Source: an uncultured Ignavibacteriales bacterium (GTDB taxonomy: Bacteria > Zixibacteria > MSB-5A5 > GN15 > FEB-12). Taken from it: 64,000 bases of DNA. The notes under the pieces were generated by a model. The model was not told the origin of the DNA and did not search any database. It saw nothing but the letters and a program-made list of their open reading frames with translations. Position numbers and translations under genes: made by a program. This document shows positions 40,482 through 49,505 of this stretch, piece by piece. Location: NCBI GenBank assembly GCA_964464605.1, contig CAYXJN010000001.1, forward strand, positions 1 to 64,000, written 5' to 3'. Every line of letters starts with the position of its first letter. Position 1 is the stretch's first letter.

Positions 40482-41285
40482 TTATTTTTTCTTACGCCGA
40501 CGTGTCAAAATTTTCCGCAATGAGGCGTGTAAATGCCCATTGCTGGCGGCGATATCGCCGTCGAAAATCGAGTATTTTGAGCCGTCAACCCGGCTGATTT
40601 TTCCACCTGCTTCGGTCAGAATCAGTACTGCTGCTGCCGTATCCCAGGGATGAAGATCAAACTCCCAAAAACTGTCTAAACGACCGCTGGCCAGCCAGCA
40701 TAAATCGATAGCAGCCGAACCGGGACGGCGAACGCCCTGCGCGGTTTTTATCATACTTGCAAAATGGCCGAGGTTGTTTCGTTTCGCTTTTTTTACGCCG
40801 TAACTGAAGCCGGTTGCTACTAAGGCGCGCTCGATATTTTTTTCATTCGTCACGCTGATTCGTTTCCCGTTCAAAAATGCTTTTCGTCCGCGCACGGCAG
40901 AAAAGAGTTCATTCCGTTCCGGGTCATACACAACACCGACCAATGGTTCCCCGTTGTAGAGCATACCAACTGAAACGCAGTAAATAGGAAAGCCGTGCGA
41001 ATAATTGACGGTACCATCTAGCGGATCGATTACCCATAAACAGGGATTTTTCTGTTTCCGGTCATTCCCTTCTTCGCTCAAAATGGCGTGGTCGGGAAAC
41101 GTTTTGGTTATCATCTGAATTATTGCCCGTTCCGATTTCAGATCATATTCTGTAACCGGGTTGATGCGCCCCTTGAAATGAATTTGCATCCGTTTGTTGA
41201 AGCCGGTGCGCAGAATACGCCCCGCTTTTTTTGCGGCGGCAACCGCTACCCGTAATACCCGATCTGTCTCTTGTTTGGAAAGCAT
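40482..41285 (-). CDS. suhB: Inositol monophosphatase
   Basis: VTEYD, SEE, WVIDPLDGTVNY, GSAAIDL, WDTAAA. Confidence 0.9.
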   Translation of the reverse strand: MLSKQETDRVLRVAVAAAKKAGRILRTGFNKRMQIHFKGRINPVTEYDLKSERAIIQMITKTFPDHAILSEEGNDRKQKNPCLWVIDPLDGTVNYSHGFPIYCVSVGMLYNGEPLVGVVYDPERNELFSAVRGRKAFLNGKRISVTNEKNIERALVATGFSYGVKKAKRNNLGHFASMIKTAQGVRRPGSAAIDLCWLASGRLDSFWEFDLHPWDTAAAVLILTEAGGKISRVDGSKYSIFDGDIAASNGHLHASLRKILTRRRKKK

Positions 41286-41288
41286 GCG

Positions 41289-43097
41289 TTATTTGGCGGG
41301 CGCCGGTTCTCCCTCGCGCATCTGCTGATTCCGTTTATACTGCATTTCATACAGCGTATGGTAAATTCCTTTTTGCGCCAAAAGCTCGGCATGTTTACCG
41401 ATTTCCCGCACCTGTCCATGATGCAACACGATGATTTTATCCGCTTTTTCAATCGTCGACAAGCGATGGGCGATAACGATCGAGGTTCTTCCTTTTTGCA
41501 GTTCTTCAAGCGCGCATTGAATCAGCGCTTCTGTTTCCGAATCGACTGAGCTGGTGGCTTCATCGAGAATAAGAATATTCGGATCAAAGGCCAACGCACG
41601 GGCGAAAGAGAGTAGCTGTTTCTGGCCGGTCGAGAGCGTCGCGCCCCGCTCTTTGACTTCGGTGTGTATTCCCTGCGGCATGCGGGCTAAGAAACGGTCA
41701 AAGCCGACCCGGTGCAAGGCTTCCCGCACCTCTTCATCGCTGATATTCTGATTACGCAGGCGGACGTTCGAGGCAATATCGCCCGAGAATAAGTAAACAT
41801 CCTGCAGTACCAACCCTAAATGACCGCGCAGTTCTTCAAGCGGTAACTGCTTTAAGTCGATCCCATCAAGCTTGATACTTCCCTTTTGATAATCGTAAAA
41901 CCGATACAACAATGAAATAAACGAACTCTTCCCTGCTCCGGTTGCACCGACTAATGCGACTTTTTCGCCCGGTTTAACGGAAAAAGAAACATCGCGCAAC
42001 ACCCATTCATCTTGATTGTAAGCGAACCAAAGGTTCTCGACATCGATTTTTCCGGAAAAACGCTGGATATGAACCGGATTTTCAATCGAGACAATCGCCG
42101 GTTTGGTATCTAAGAGTTCGAACAACCGCTCCGATGAAGCCATCGCCGATTGCAGGATATTGTATTTTTCCGCAAGGTCACGAATCGGACCGTAAAAGCG
42201 CTCCACCAGAGTTAGAAACGCAACCAATTCACCGTAGGTGAGTGCGTTGTTGTAAATTTTTATTCCACCGTAATACAACAGCAGACCAACCGAAAGGGCG
42301 CCGATTATTTCAGCAGCCGGGAAGAAAACGGCGTAGTAATAGATCGAGCGGAAATGTCCGTTGCGCAGGTCGCTGTTTATCTGGTCAAATTTGTTGAACG
42401 TCTGCTTTTCCTGACCGAACAACTGCACCACGTTCATACCGGTCAGATGTTCCTGCGTAAAGGCATTCAGTTTCGCCAGTTTAATACGAGTGTAACGATA
42501 GGCATCACGAACATGTTTGCGGAACAGCGCAGTCGCGATCATCAGAATCGGCAGCACGAGCATAACAACACTCGCTAATTCCCAGTTGTAATAAAACAAG
42601 GCAGCGACAATCAATAAAAGCATAATAAGGTCGCCGATAATCGTGACTACCCCGGATGAAAACAGATCATTCAACACGCCGACATCGTTGGTAACGCGGG
42701 TGAGCATCCGACCGACCGGATTTTTGTCATAATAAGAAAGCGGAAGTTTCTGCAGATGGTCGAACACCTGTTTGCGCATATCATATTGCACCCGCTGGCC
42801 GATCCACTGGGTGATAAAGGTTTCACCGTAGGCTGTCGCCAGCCTGAGCACGATTACGGCAAGGAAAGCCAGCGCTATGAGTGCAAAGCCGTCGGCATCT
42901 CCTTTGGTGATATAGTTATCGATACCGATCTGAATCAAAAAGGTCGTCGAAAGCTGCAATACTGCTCCGACCAATAGACAGATAACCGCCAGCGCCACCC
43001 ATTTCCGGTACGGACGGAGATAGACAATCAGACGGCGCATCAACCGCGAGTCGTATGCTTTTCCTAATGCTTCTTCTTCGTGCAACTGCGCTGCCAT
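41289..43097 (-). CDS. ABC exporter half-transporter (TMD+NBD), MdlB/YheH-like
   Basis: GATGAGKS, LSTGQKQLL, LDEATS, IAHRLST. Confidence 0.92.
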   Translation of the reverse strand: MAAQLHEEEALGKAYDSRLMRRLIVYLRPYRKWVALAVICLLVGAVLQLSTTFLIQIGIDNYITKGDADGFALIALAFLAVIVLRLATAYGETFITQWIGQRVQYDMRKQVFDHLQKLPLSYYDKNPVGRMLTRVTNDVGVLNDLFSSGVVTIIGDLIMLLLIVAALFYYNWELASVVMLVLPILMIATALFRKHVRDAYRYTRIKLAKLNAFTQEHLTGMNVVQLFGQEKQTFNKFDQINSDLRNGHFRSIYYYAVFFPAAEIIGALSVGLLLYYGGIKIYNNALTYGELVAFLTLVERFYGPIRDLAEKYNILQSAMASSERLFELLDTKPAIVSIENPVHIQRFSGKIDVENLWFAYNQDEWVLRDVSFSVKPGEKVALVGATGAGKSSFISLLYRFYDYQKGSIKLDGIDLKQLPLEELRGHLGLVLQDVYLFSGDIASNVRLRNQNISDEEVREALHRVGFDRFLARMPQGIHTEVKERGATLSTGQKQLLSFARALAFDPNILILDEATSSVDSETEALIQCALEELQKGRTSIVIAHRLSTIEKADKIIVLHHGQVREIGKHAELLAQKGIYHTLYEMQYKRNQQMREGEPAPAK

Positions 43098-44860
43098 TAC
43101 AACCGCTCTAATTCTTCCTGTAGAAGCTGTGACTGGTACAATTCGGCATACTTGCCGCGAGCGCGAATGAGTTCTTCATGCGTGCCGATTTCGGCGATTT
43201 TTCCCTCTTCGAGATAAATAATCCGGTCGGCATCTTTGACCGATGAAATTCGGTGCGAAATAATTATCGCCGTCCGGTGCTCAGCCAGTTCTTTGATACG
43301 GTGATTTATTTGGTCTTCCGTCTCCGTATCAACAGCGGAAGTGGCATCATCGAGAATCAAAATCGCCGGATTGATTAAGGTCGCGCGCGCAATTGCTGTC
43401 CGCTGACGCTGCCCGCCGGAAAGGGTGATTCCCCGCTCGCCGATAATCGTTTCATATTTGTTCGGGAAAGTTTCGATATCCTTGCTGATCGCGGCAGCAT
43501 AGGCGTTGGATGCTATCTGTTCATCGGTCGCTGCTTCATTGCCAAATCGGATATTGAACGCAATCGTGTCGGAAAACAGAAACGGCTCCTGCGCCGCAAA
43601 ACCGATTCCTTTGCGCAAGGCAGCCAGATCCCAATCATTGATATCTACAGTATCGATATACACCTGCCCGCGCTCCGCCTGATAGAGGCGTGACAAGAGC
43701 GAAACAAGGGTTGTTTTGCCGGACGCCGTCGGGCCGACAATACCAACCGTCTCCCCCGGTTCAATAGTCAGCGAAATATGCTTCAAAATCGGATGCGAGC
43801 GGTCATACCCGAAATTCAAATTCCGAAATTCGATTTTCCCTTTTACCGGGCCGGTAAATAGTCCGGTTCCTTCGGATTTCACTTCCGATTCGGCATGCAG
43901 AATTTCGTTGATGCGATCAAGCGAGGCTGTCCCGCGCTGATAGAGCGACACCACCCATCCAAGCGCAAACAGCGGCCAGAAAAGCATGTTCAAATAGGCG
44001 AAAAACGCGACAACGGTACCAAGCGAAAGCTCACCGCTCATCACCGCTTTACCGCCGATATAAAACACCACCAAGTTGAGCGCAGCGGCCATAAAGGTCA
44101 AAAGCGGGAAAAAGACCGCCTGCAAACGCACCATATCCATATTCAGAATGCGCGACTTTTCGAACATGCTGTTCATGAACTCGCTTTCGTTTTCTTCCTG
44201 ACGGTACGCTTTTACCACCCGCACACCGGCAAGGTTTTCCTGCACCGAGGCAGTCAGCGATGAAAACTGCTCCTGAATCCGCATATGATATTTATGAACC
44301 AGATTTCCGAGTTTGTTCACCACGAACGGGAAAAAGATCATTGGAATAACGGCGTACAGTGTCATCTTCGGTGAGAGGTAAAACATGAACGAAATCGCGA
44401 TAACTGAGGAAACAACAGTGTTGGCGATATGCATGATTCCCGGACCGATCATCATCCGAACTGCTTCCAGGTCACTCGTGATACGCGCCATAATATCCCC
44501 GGTGCGGATTTGATGGTAATAAGAAGGTGACAGACTCAGCAGATGTTTGAAAATGTCAGAACGGAGATCGTACTCAAGACGGCGGGACATCCAGATAATC
44601 GTTCGCCGCATCATAAACCGGAACACACCGGCCACAATGGCCAGTCCGAAGCCTAAGAGAATGTATTTGAGAATATCGCCGGACGGTTTCCTGGCTTCGA
44701 GCATGTCGAAAACCAATTTGGTGATATACGGCACGACCAGCATCAGGGCGTTGGTGCCAACCACCGAAATCGCACCGAAAATCAGGTAGTGTTTATACGT
44801 GCGAAAATAGCGGGATAAGGTAGCGAAGCGGGATTTGTTTGGCGGTTTCGTTTTGCTCAT
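43097..44860 (-). CDS. ABC exporter half-transporter (TMD+NBD), MdlA/YheI-like
   Basis: RTGDIMAR, GPTASGKT, LSGGQRQR, degenerate Walker B LDDATS; TAATG-coupled to its partner. Confidence 0.92.
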   Translation of the reverse strand: MSKTKPPNKSRFATLSRYFRTYKHYLIFGAISVVGTNALMLVVPYITKLVFDMLEARKPSGDILKYILLGFGLAIVAGVFRFMMRRTIIWMSRRLEYDLRSDIFKHLLSLSPSYYHQIRTGDIMARITSDLEAVRMMIGPGIMHIANTVVSSVIAISFMFYLSPKMTLYAVIPMIFFPFVVNKLGNLVHKYHMRIQEQFSSLTASVQENLAGVRVVKAYRQEENESEFMNSMFEKSRILNMDMVRLQAVFFPLLTFMAAALNLVVFYIGGKAVMSGELSLGTVVAFFAYLNMLFWPLFALGWVVSLYQRGTASLDRINEILHAESEVKSEGTGLFTGPVKGKIEFRNLNFGYDRSHPILKHISLTIEPGETVGIVGPTASGKTTLVSLLSRLYQAERGQVYIDTVDINDWDLAALRKGIGFAAQEPFLFSDTIAFNIRFGNEAATDEQIASNAYAAAISKDIETFPNKYETIIGERGITLSGGQRQRTAIARATLINPAILILDDATSAVDTETEDQINHRIKELAEHRTAIIISHRISSVKDADRIIYLEEGKIAEIGTHEELIRARGKYAELYQSQLLQEELERL

Positions 44861-44906
44861 GTTCGTCGGTTATACCGGATAATGTACGTATAACCGACTG
44901 GCAGCG

Positions 44907-47150
44907 CTAATAGTTCATGATATTTGCAAATAGATGAATGGCGTCAATTTGCAGTGTGCCAACCAGTTCCAAAAGCGGCAAACCACAATAAATTACCTGC
45001 CCTTTGCCGATTCGGGAGACCGAAAGCAGCGCTTCTCCGTTCGGCCCGGCATAGACCAGTTCCGCCGGTGAAACGACTGCCGCGGAAACCTCACGCCGTT
45101 TTACAAATGACGACAGTAAATCCTGTTCCGTTATCGGATACGGGGTAGAAAGCAGTTTCGATTCCGGAATCCGGTTGGTAACCCCATCCCGGTCCAACAA
45201 AATCATGGCCGGGCTGATGGTTACTGGTAAAAAACCATCCGGAAAATCAGCAGGCTGACCAAACAATACAATCGACCCGCCGTTCCGCAAAAATCCTTCT
45301 AAACCATCTTTTGCCTTGTTTAATGACGGATGCAACCGGTGCGACCCGGAACCGAAGACTAACACATCATAGGCGTCCAACTCAGCCGTAATCAACGAAC
45401 GGTCTGTAAGCGGTTCTATTGCGGCGTAAGTCATATGTAACACATCTTCTAAACGGCCGCTGGTGTCCGGCAAAAACGCAATTTTACGTGTCGGCGGAAT
45501 TCTGCATTCGGCAATACGTAACCGGACTGAATCGGTCGCTATTTTTGTTCCATTCATGGTCAATGAAACGGTGGCGTGATGAATCCCTAATTCGAAAAGA
45601 TTGCTGACCGAGAACGGTATCTGCACATATTCATGCGTCATTCCCATCGTTAAGGGAATCGATTGCTTGTAGGCGCCTGCAAACATCCCTGAGGGCACTT
45701 CTAAACTGATCCCGGCATTGCCGGTCAATGATTCCGGTTTGGTAATTTGTACACGGACACTTAAGGGATGAACAATTTTGTCAGCTTCGGTACGGGTTAC
45801 CTGCGGCATGAACAAATAGTCAGGGGTGAAAGTGACATTGAGATTCGGTTTTTCCCAAATCGGCAGGCTGTTGTGCAATTCCAGTTCGATTTCATCACAC
45901 AAAACCGCCGTAACGAAGGACAATGACTCCGCTTTTTGCGCTTCTAACTTAGCGCGGTCAATATCGACTAAATATTCCCGCACGAATGAACCATGCGGCG
46001 CAATCTGATGTGGTAATGAATCCAAAATGACTCGTGCCGTATCCCAATACGGATAAAACGTAATCGACTGCAGTTCGATTGCCTGTGGGCCATTGGCTGA
46101 TAATGCCGCCCGGAATTTTAGTTTCGGTCCTTCCGGTGACGGACGAACAATTACTTCTCCATCCCAATCCAATCCCGCCGTTTCAAGCGCGGCGCGTTCC
46201 GCTTTAGAAAGAAAATCGACGACATAGGGACGAAAATCCGGAATTTTCTCAAGTGAGGCCAATGTCGAACGCTCTTTAGAAAGAAACAGAAGCTCTTTAT
46301 ATCCACGTAATACCGATTGGGTTCGTTCTTTTCCCTTTGTGGTCGAGGCGATATCCATGTTACGAACAAAAGCAGCGACTTTCTTGAGATAGCTTTCCCG
46401 CATTGGTCCGGCGGGAATACGTGTTGCAAAAATCTGCTCTAAGCGAAGCGGCGGAATGCCGGATGCAAAGTCAGGCATCGTTCGATTGGTCGTATCAGCC
46501 CGTTTAATCAGCTCATACCGTCCTAACTGCGCCCATTTGTAGCGGCTTACATCGGTTCCCGGCAAGAGATCGGATACTTCCATATTCATCCGGTCACGGA
46601 ATCGGGTAACCAGTTCCTGACGGTTGAATGATACGGCCTGTCCTGCTATTGAATCCTGCGGTTTGCTTTCGGCTAAACGGAAAATATGGCGGATGTTGAA
46701 TAACCGGTTGGCATCGGCCGGGAATTTTACCAGATGAGCCACGAATGCTTCATACAGCAAGCTCCCGGGTGTTTCACCAACGATAACGATATCCGGCCTG
46801 CGGTCGGCAAAGAGTTGGTTGAGCGATGAATCAAAATAAGCCGGGGCGATGGCCGGGAGATAGAGATGATGCAAAAACAACTGCCGTTCGGCAGTTCCGG
46901 TGTGCAAGACCGAATATCGGTCACGAAGGGTGATATGCACCAAATCAACGCGGTACCCCAAATCAGTATTCAGATAAAAAATAAGCGGCCAGTCAATCCG
47001 CTCTTTTTCTTCATACAGAAAACTTACGCGGATATCGGTTCTGACAAAGTTTACCGGATCAACAGCGGATATTGATGATACCAGCAAGAGAAAAAAGAGA
47101 ATGGTCCGGCTGAACTGCCGGAAGGAGTCAAACAAACGAAGGAACGCCAT
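44907..47150 (-). CDS. Secreted protein with Ig-like middle region and C-terminal class I GATase-like domain (PIG-L fusion-family-like, deacetylase motif absent)
   Basis: Signal peptide from ATG 47150; RPDIVIV; C-terminal KIAFL..LDAYDVLVFG..FLRNGGSIV..GKGQVIYCGL..LFANIM. Confidence 0.55.
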   Translation of the reverse strand: MAFLRLFDSFRQFSRTILFFLLLVSSISAVDPVNFVRTDIRVSFLYEEKERIDWPLIFYLNTDLGYRVDLVHITLRDRYSVLHTGTAERQLFLHHLYLPAIAPAYFDSSLNQLFADRRPDIVIVGETPGSLLYEAFVAHLVKFPADANRLFNIRHIFRLAESKPQDSIAGQAVSFNRQELVTRFRDRMNMEVSDLLPGTDVSRYKWAQLGRYELIKRADTTNRTMPDFASGIPPLRLEQIFATRIPAGPMRESYLKKVAAFVRNMDIASTTKGKERTQSVLRGYKELLFLSKERSTLASLEKIPDFRPYVVDFLSKAERAALETAGLDWDGEVIVRPSPEGPKLKFRAALSANGPQAIELQSITFYPYWDTARVILDSLPHQIAPHGSFVREYLVDIDRAKLEAQKAESLSFVTAVLCDEIELELHNSLPIWEKPNLNVTFTPDYLFMPQVTRTEADKIVHPLSVRVQITKPESLTGNAGISLEVPSGMFAGAYKQSIPLTMGMTHEYVQIPFSVSNLFELGIHHATVSLTMNGTKIATDSVRLRIAECRIPPTRKIAFLPDTSGRLEDVLHMTYAAIEPLTDRSLITAELDAYDVLVFGSGSHRLHPSLNKAKDGLEGFLRNGGSIVLFGQPADFPDGFLPVTISPAMILLDRDGVTNRIPESKLLSTPYPITEQDLLSSFVKRREVSAAVVSPAELVYAGPNGEALLSVSRIGKGQVIYCGLPLLELVGTLQIDAIHLFANIMNY

Positions 47151-47220
47151 AGTGATACATATATCGGCGTTCCATTGTCTTGAGTCAATTTTCAACAGTG
47201 GAAAGAAAAGCGGGGAAAAC

Positions 47221-48006
47221 TTAGATAACGTGGTTTTCCCGTAATTTTTTGAACAGATTATCGGCGATTTCTTCCGGTGTCGATCCGGTTATTATCTCCC
47301 CTTTCGGGCGCGGCGGCGGCGGAGAAACTTTGACAGTGGTAGTTGGAGAATTTTTACCTATTCCGGTACCGTCCAGACCTAAATCAGCGGCAGACCATTT
47401 GGTAATTTCTTTTTTCTTGGCTGCCATTTTCCCTTTTAGCGAGGGTAAACGGGGCTCGTTGATCTCTTTGACCACCGAAAAAATAGCAGGGAGGGAAACT
47501 TCAACGACATCATAGCCATCTTCAGTAGTTCTGAACACGATCGCTTTACCCGGTTCGAGCGTTTCGAACTTTTTCACGAACATCGCCTGCGGCAAATCAA
47601 GCATCGCCGCGACTGCTCCCGGTACTTGGGCGGAGTCGGAATCGACGGCCTGTTTACCACCTATGGCTAAATCGAATGAGCCGAGTTTTTTAAGACCGGC
47701 CGCCAAAATTTTTCCGGTCGCCTGAGGATCTGACCCGACAAAAAGCGGATCGGACAACAGATATGCTTCATCAACACCCAACGCCAGACAATCCCGCAGG
47801 GCGGATTCAGCTCGCTCCGTACCAACTGTTATAACGCTGCAGGTCCCGCCGGTACGTTCTTTCAGTCTGAGCCCTTCTTCGACAGCGTATTCATCAAACG
47901 GATTAACGACCCCGGGGCCGTCGGGAAGGACGACAGTATTGGCGGATTCATCGACCCGGATAAGAGAAATTTCCGGTACCTGTTTCATGAGCACTACTAT
48001 ATGCAC
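47221..48006 (-). CDS. etfB: Electron transfer flavoprotein beta subunit
   Basis: MKQVPE, NPFDEYAVEE, LALGVD, GKQAVD.DS.QV, NEPRLPSLKG. Confidence 0.95.
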   Translation of the reverse strand: MHIVVLMKQVPEISLIRVDESANTVVLPDGPGVVNPFDEYAVEEGLRLKERTGGTCSVITVGTERAESALRDCLALGVDEAYLLSDPLFVGSDPQATGKILAAGLKKLGSFDLAIGGKQAVDSDSAQVPGAVAAMLDLPQAMFVKKFETLEPGKAIVFRTTEDGYDVVEVSLPAIFSVVKEINEPRLPSLKGKMAAKKKEITKWSAADLGLDGTGIGKNSPTTTVKVSPPPPRPKGEIITGSTPEEIADNLFKKLRENHVI

Positions 48007-48066
48007 ATCGACTCCTATCGGTTTATCTACGACATGTTGACCCGGATTTTACGGGTGATAGGGGGG

Positions 48067-48095
48067 AATATCCTGCGGATTACAACGGCTGTCAA
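48067..48095 (-). promoter_or_regulatory. Putative sigma70-type promoter for etfB
   Basis: Minus strand TTGACA-N17-GATATT. Confidence 0.5.
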
Positions 48096-48113
48096 GCCAA
48101 TGAGGGGAAATGG

Positions 48114-48138
48114 AAAAGGCCTGCGGTCGCAGGCCTTT
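48114..48138 (-). terminator. Terminator after the small basic gene
   Basis: AAAGGCCTGCG-GT-CGCAGGCCTTT hairpin, followed by a T run on the minus strand. Confidence 0.7.
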
Positions 48139-48177
48139 CATACAAAATATGTATGTTCGATGGAAAAGTCCGGTCAA

Positions 48178-48465
48178 TTACGACCAGGCTTTGCGGCCAC
48201 CTTTAGTCAAACCGAGGGCGCGAGCCTTTGACTTGACTGAAGAAAGGGTGCGGCGCAGTTCACGGGCAATCTGCGAGGTCGTGGCAGCGCGGTATCTCTT
48301 CCGAAGAGTTGATACTTCGCCGGCAGACCAGGTCTTGGAATTGCCAGAGGATGAAGCGGCTTTCCTAGCCGACTTCTTCGCCTTGCGCTTCTTCGTGGCT
48401 TTCTTAGTGCCTTTCTTTGTACCTTTCTTGGTACCTTTCTTCTTGGTTGCTTTCTTAGCGGGCAT
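48178..48465 (-). CDS. Small basic protein: histone H1-like Lys-rich tail plus Myb/SANT-like HTH
   Basis: AAGGAG RBS; PAKKATKKK(GTKK)x3ATKK...; WSAGEVSTLRKRY..TTSQIARELRRTLSSVKSKARALGL. Confidence 0.75.
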   Translation of the reverse strand: MPAKKATKKKGTKKGTKKGTKKATKKRKAKKSARKAASSSGNSKTWSAGEVSTLRKRYRAATTSQIARELRRTLSSVKSKARALGLTKGGRKAWS

Positions 48466-48734
48466 TGCCTACTACTCCTTTTAAAAGGGTTGAGTTAATA
48501 CAATTGACCGGACGCGTTGCGAGCTTCCGATCGTTTATTGTTTTCTAGTACGCACTCAAAATTATTCATATAACGCTGACAATTTGGTGAGAAAAAAAAT
48601 AATGTCAATAAAAAAATGTTGTTGCGCGACCGTTAAACAGCCGTTTGACCGGATATTACATCGATTTTTGAGCTTTTATGACTTCAAAACAGAACAAAAA
48701 CTGATAAACAGAACCTTTAATACTTGCTCGTGAG

Positions 48735-49493
48735 TCATGTATCGGTATCAAGTTGTTCATTTTCACTCGTTGATTGCAATGCTGATGCTGCCGCGCGCTG
48801 TTCAGCTTCCTTTTTTGATGAACCGGAACCGATTCCAACTTGTCTGCCGAGAATACTGACCGATACCGTGAACACTTTATCATGATCAGGACCTACTTCC
48901 GCGATTACATCATACCGCGGCATCCCTTCTCCGCGCGACTGCACATACTCAAGCAGCTCCCCTTTGTAATTTCTGCGCGTCTCATCGGAAGTGACATCCT
49001 GCTTTTTGATATAGATGAAGTTGAGAATTATTTTCCGTGCTTCCGCTAAACCACCATCTAAGTATACCGCACCAATAATTGCTTCGAGCGCATCGGAAAT
49101 AATCGATGCGCGCTCTTTTCCGCCGGCACGTTCTTCATCGGGAGAGAGAATCAGATGAGAATTAATCCCCATTTCCCGTCCGATAATGCTTAACGTCGCC
49201 TCTGACACCAACAACGCTTTTATTTTCGTTAAATCCCCTTCCATGATGTCCGGATGATCCCGGTATAACTGTTCGGCAATCACCAGGCCGAGAACGGAAT
49301 CCCCTAAAAATTCAAGGCGTTCATAGGACGGTAGCCGTATATCTGAGGTATTCGCGTGGGAACGGTGTGTCAGGCTCGAAATTAACAATTGTCGGTCATG
49401 AAAAACATAACCGATCCGCCGCTCTAACTGGCCTAATGATGTTTTAGAATCAGTGGAGGCAAAAAGACGACGAAGTGTATTCCAGATACTCAT
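48735..49493 (-). CDS. rnc: Ribonuclease III
   Basis: LTHRS, YERLEFLGDSVLG, DALEAIIGAVYLD, dsRBD GPDH..G.GSSKKEAEQ. Confidence 0.96.
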   Translation of the reverse strand: MSIWNTLRRLFASTDSKTSLGQLERRIGYVFHDRQLLISSLTHRSHANTSDIRLPSYERLEFLGDSVLGLVIAEQLYRDHPDIMEGDLTKIKALLVSEATLSIIGREMGINSHLILSPDEERAGGKERASIISDALEAIIGAVYLDGGLAEARKIILNFIYIKKQDVTSDETRRNYKGELLEYVQSRGEGMPRYDVIAEVGPDHDKVFTVSVSILGRQVGIGSGSSKKEAEQRAAASALQSTSENEQLDTDT

Positions 49494-49505
49494 GCACGGC
49501 GGGGT

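Noticed and set aside
48110..48484. 124 aa plus-strand ORF with a hydrophobic FLVPF repeat tail
   Set aside because: Antisense image of the Lys-rich repeats; the RBS and terminator favour the minus-strand gene
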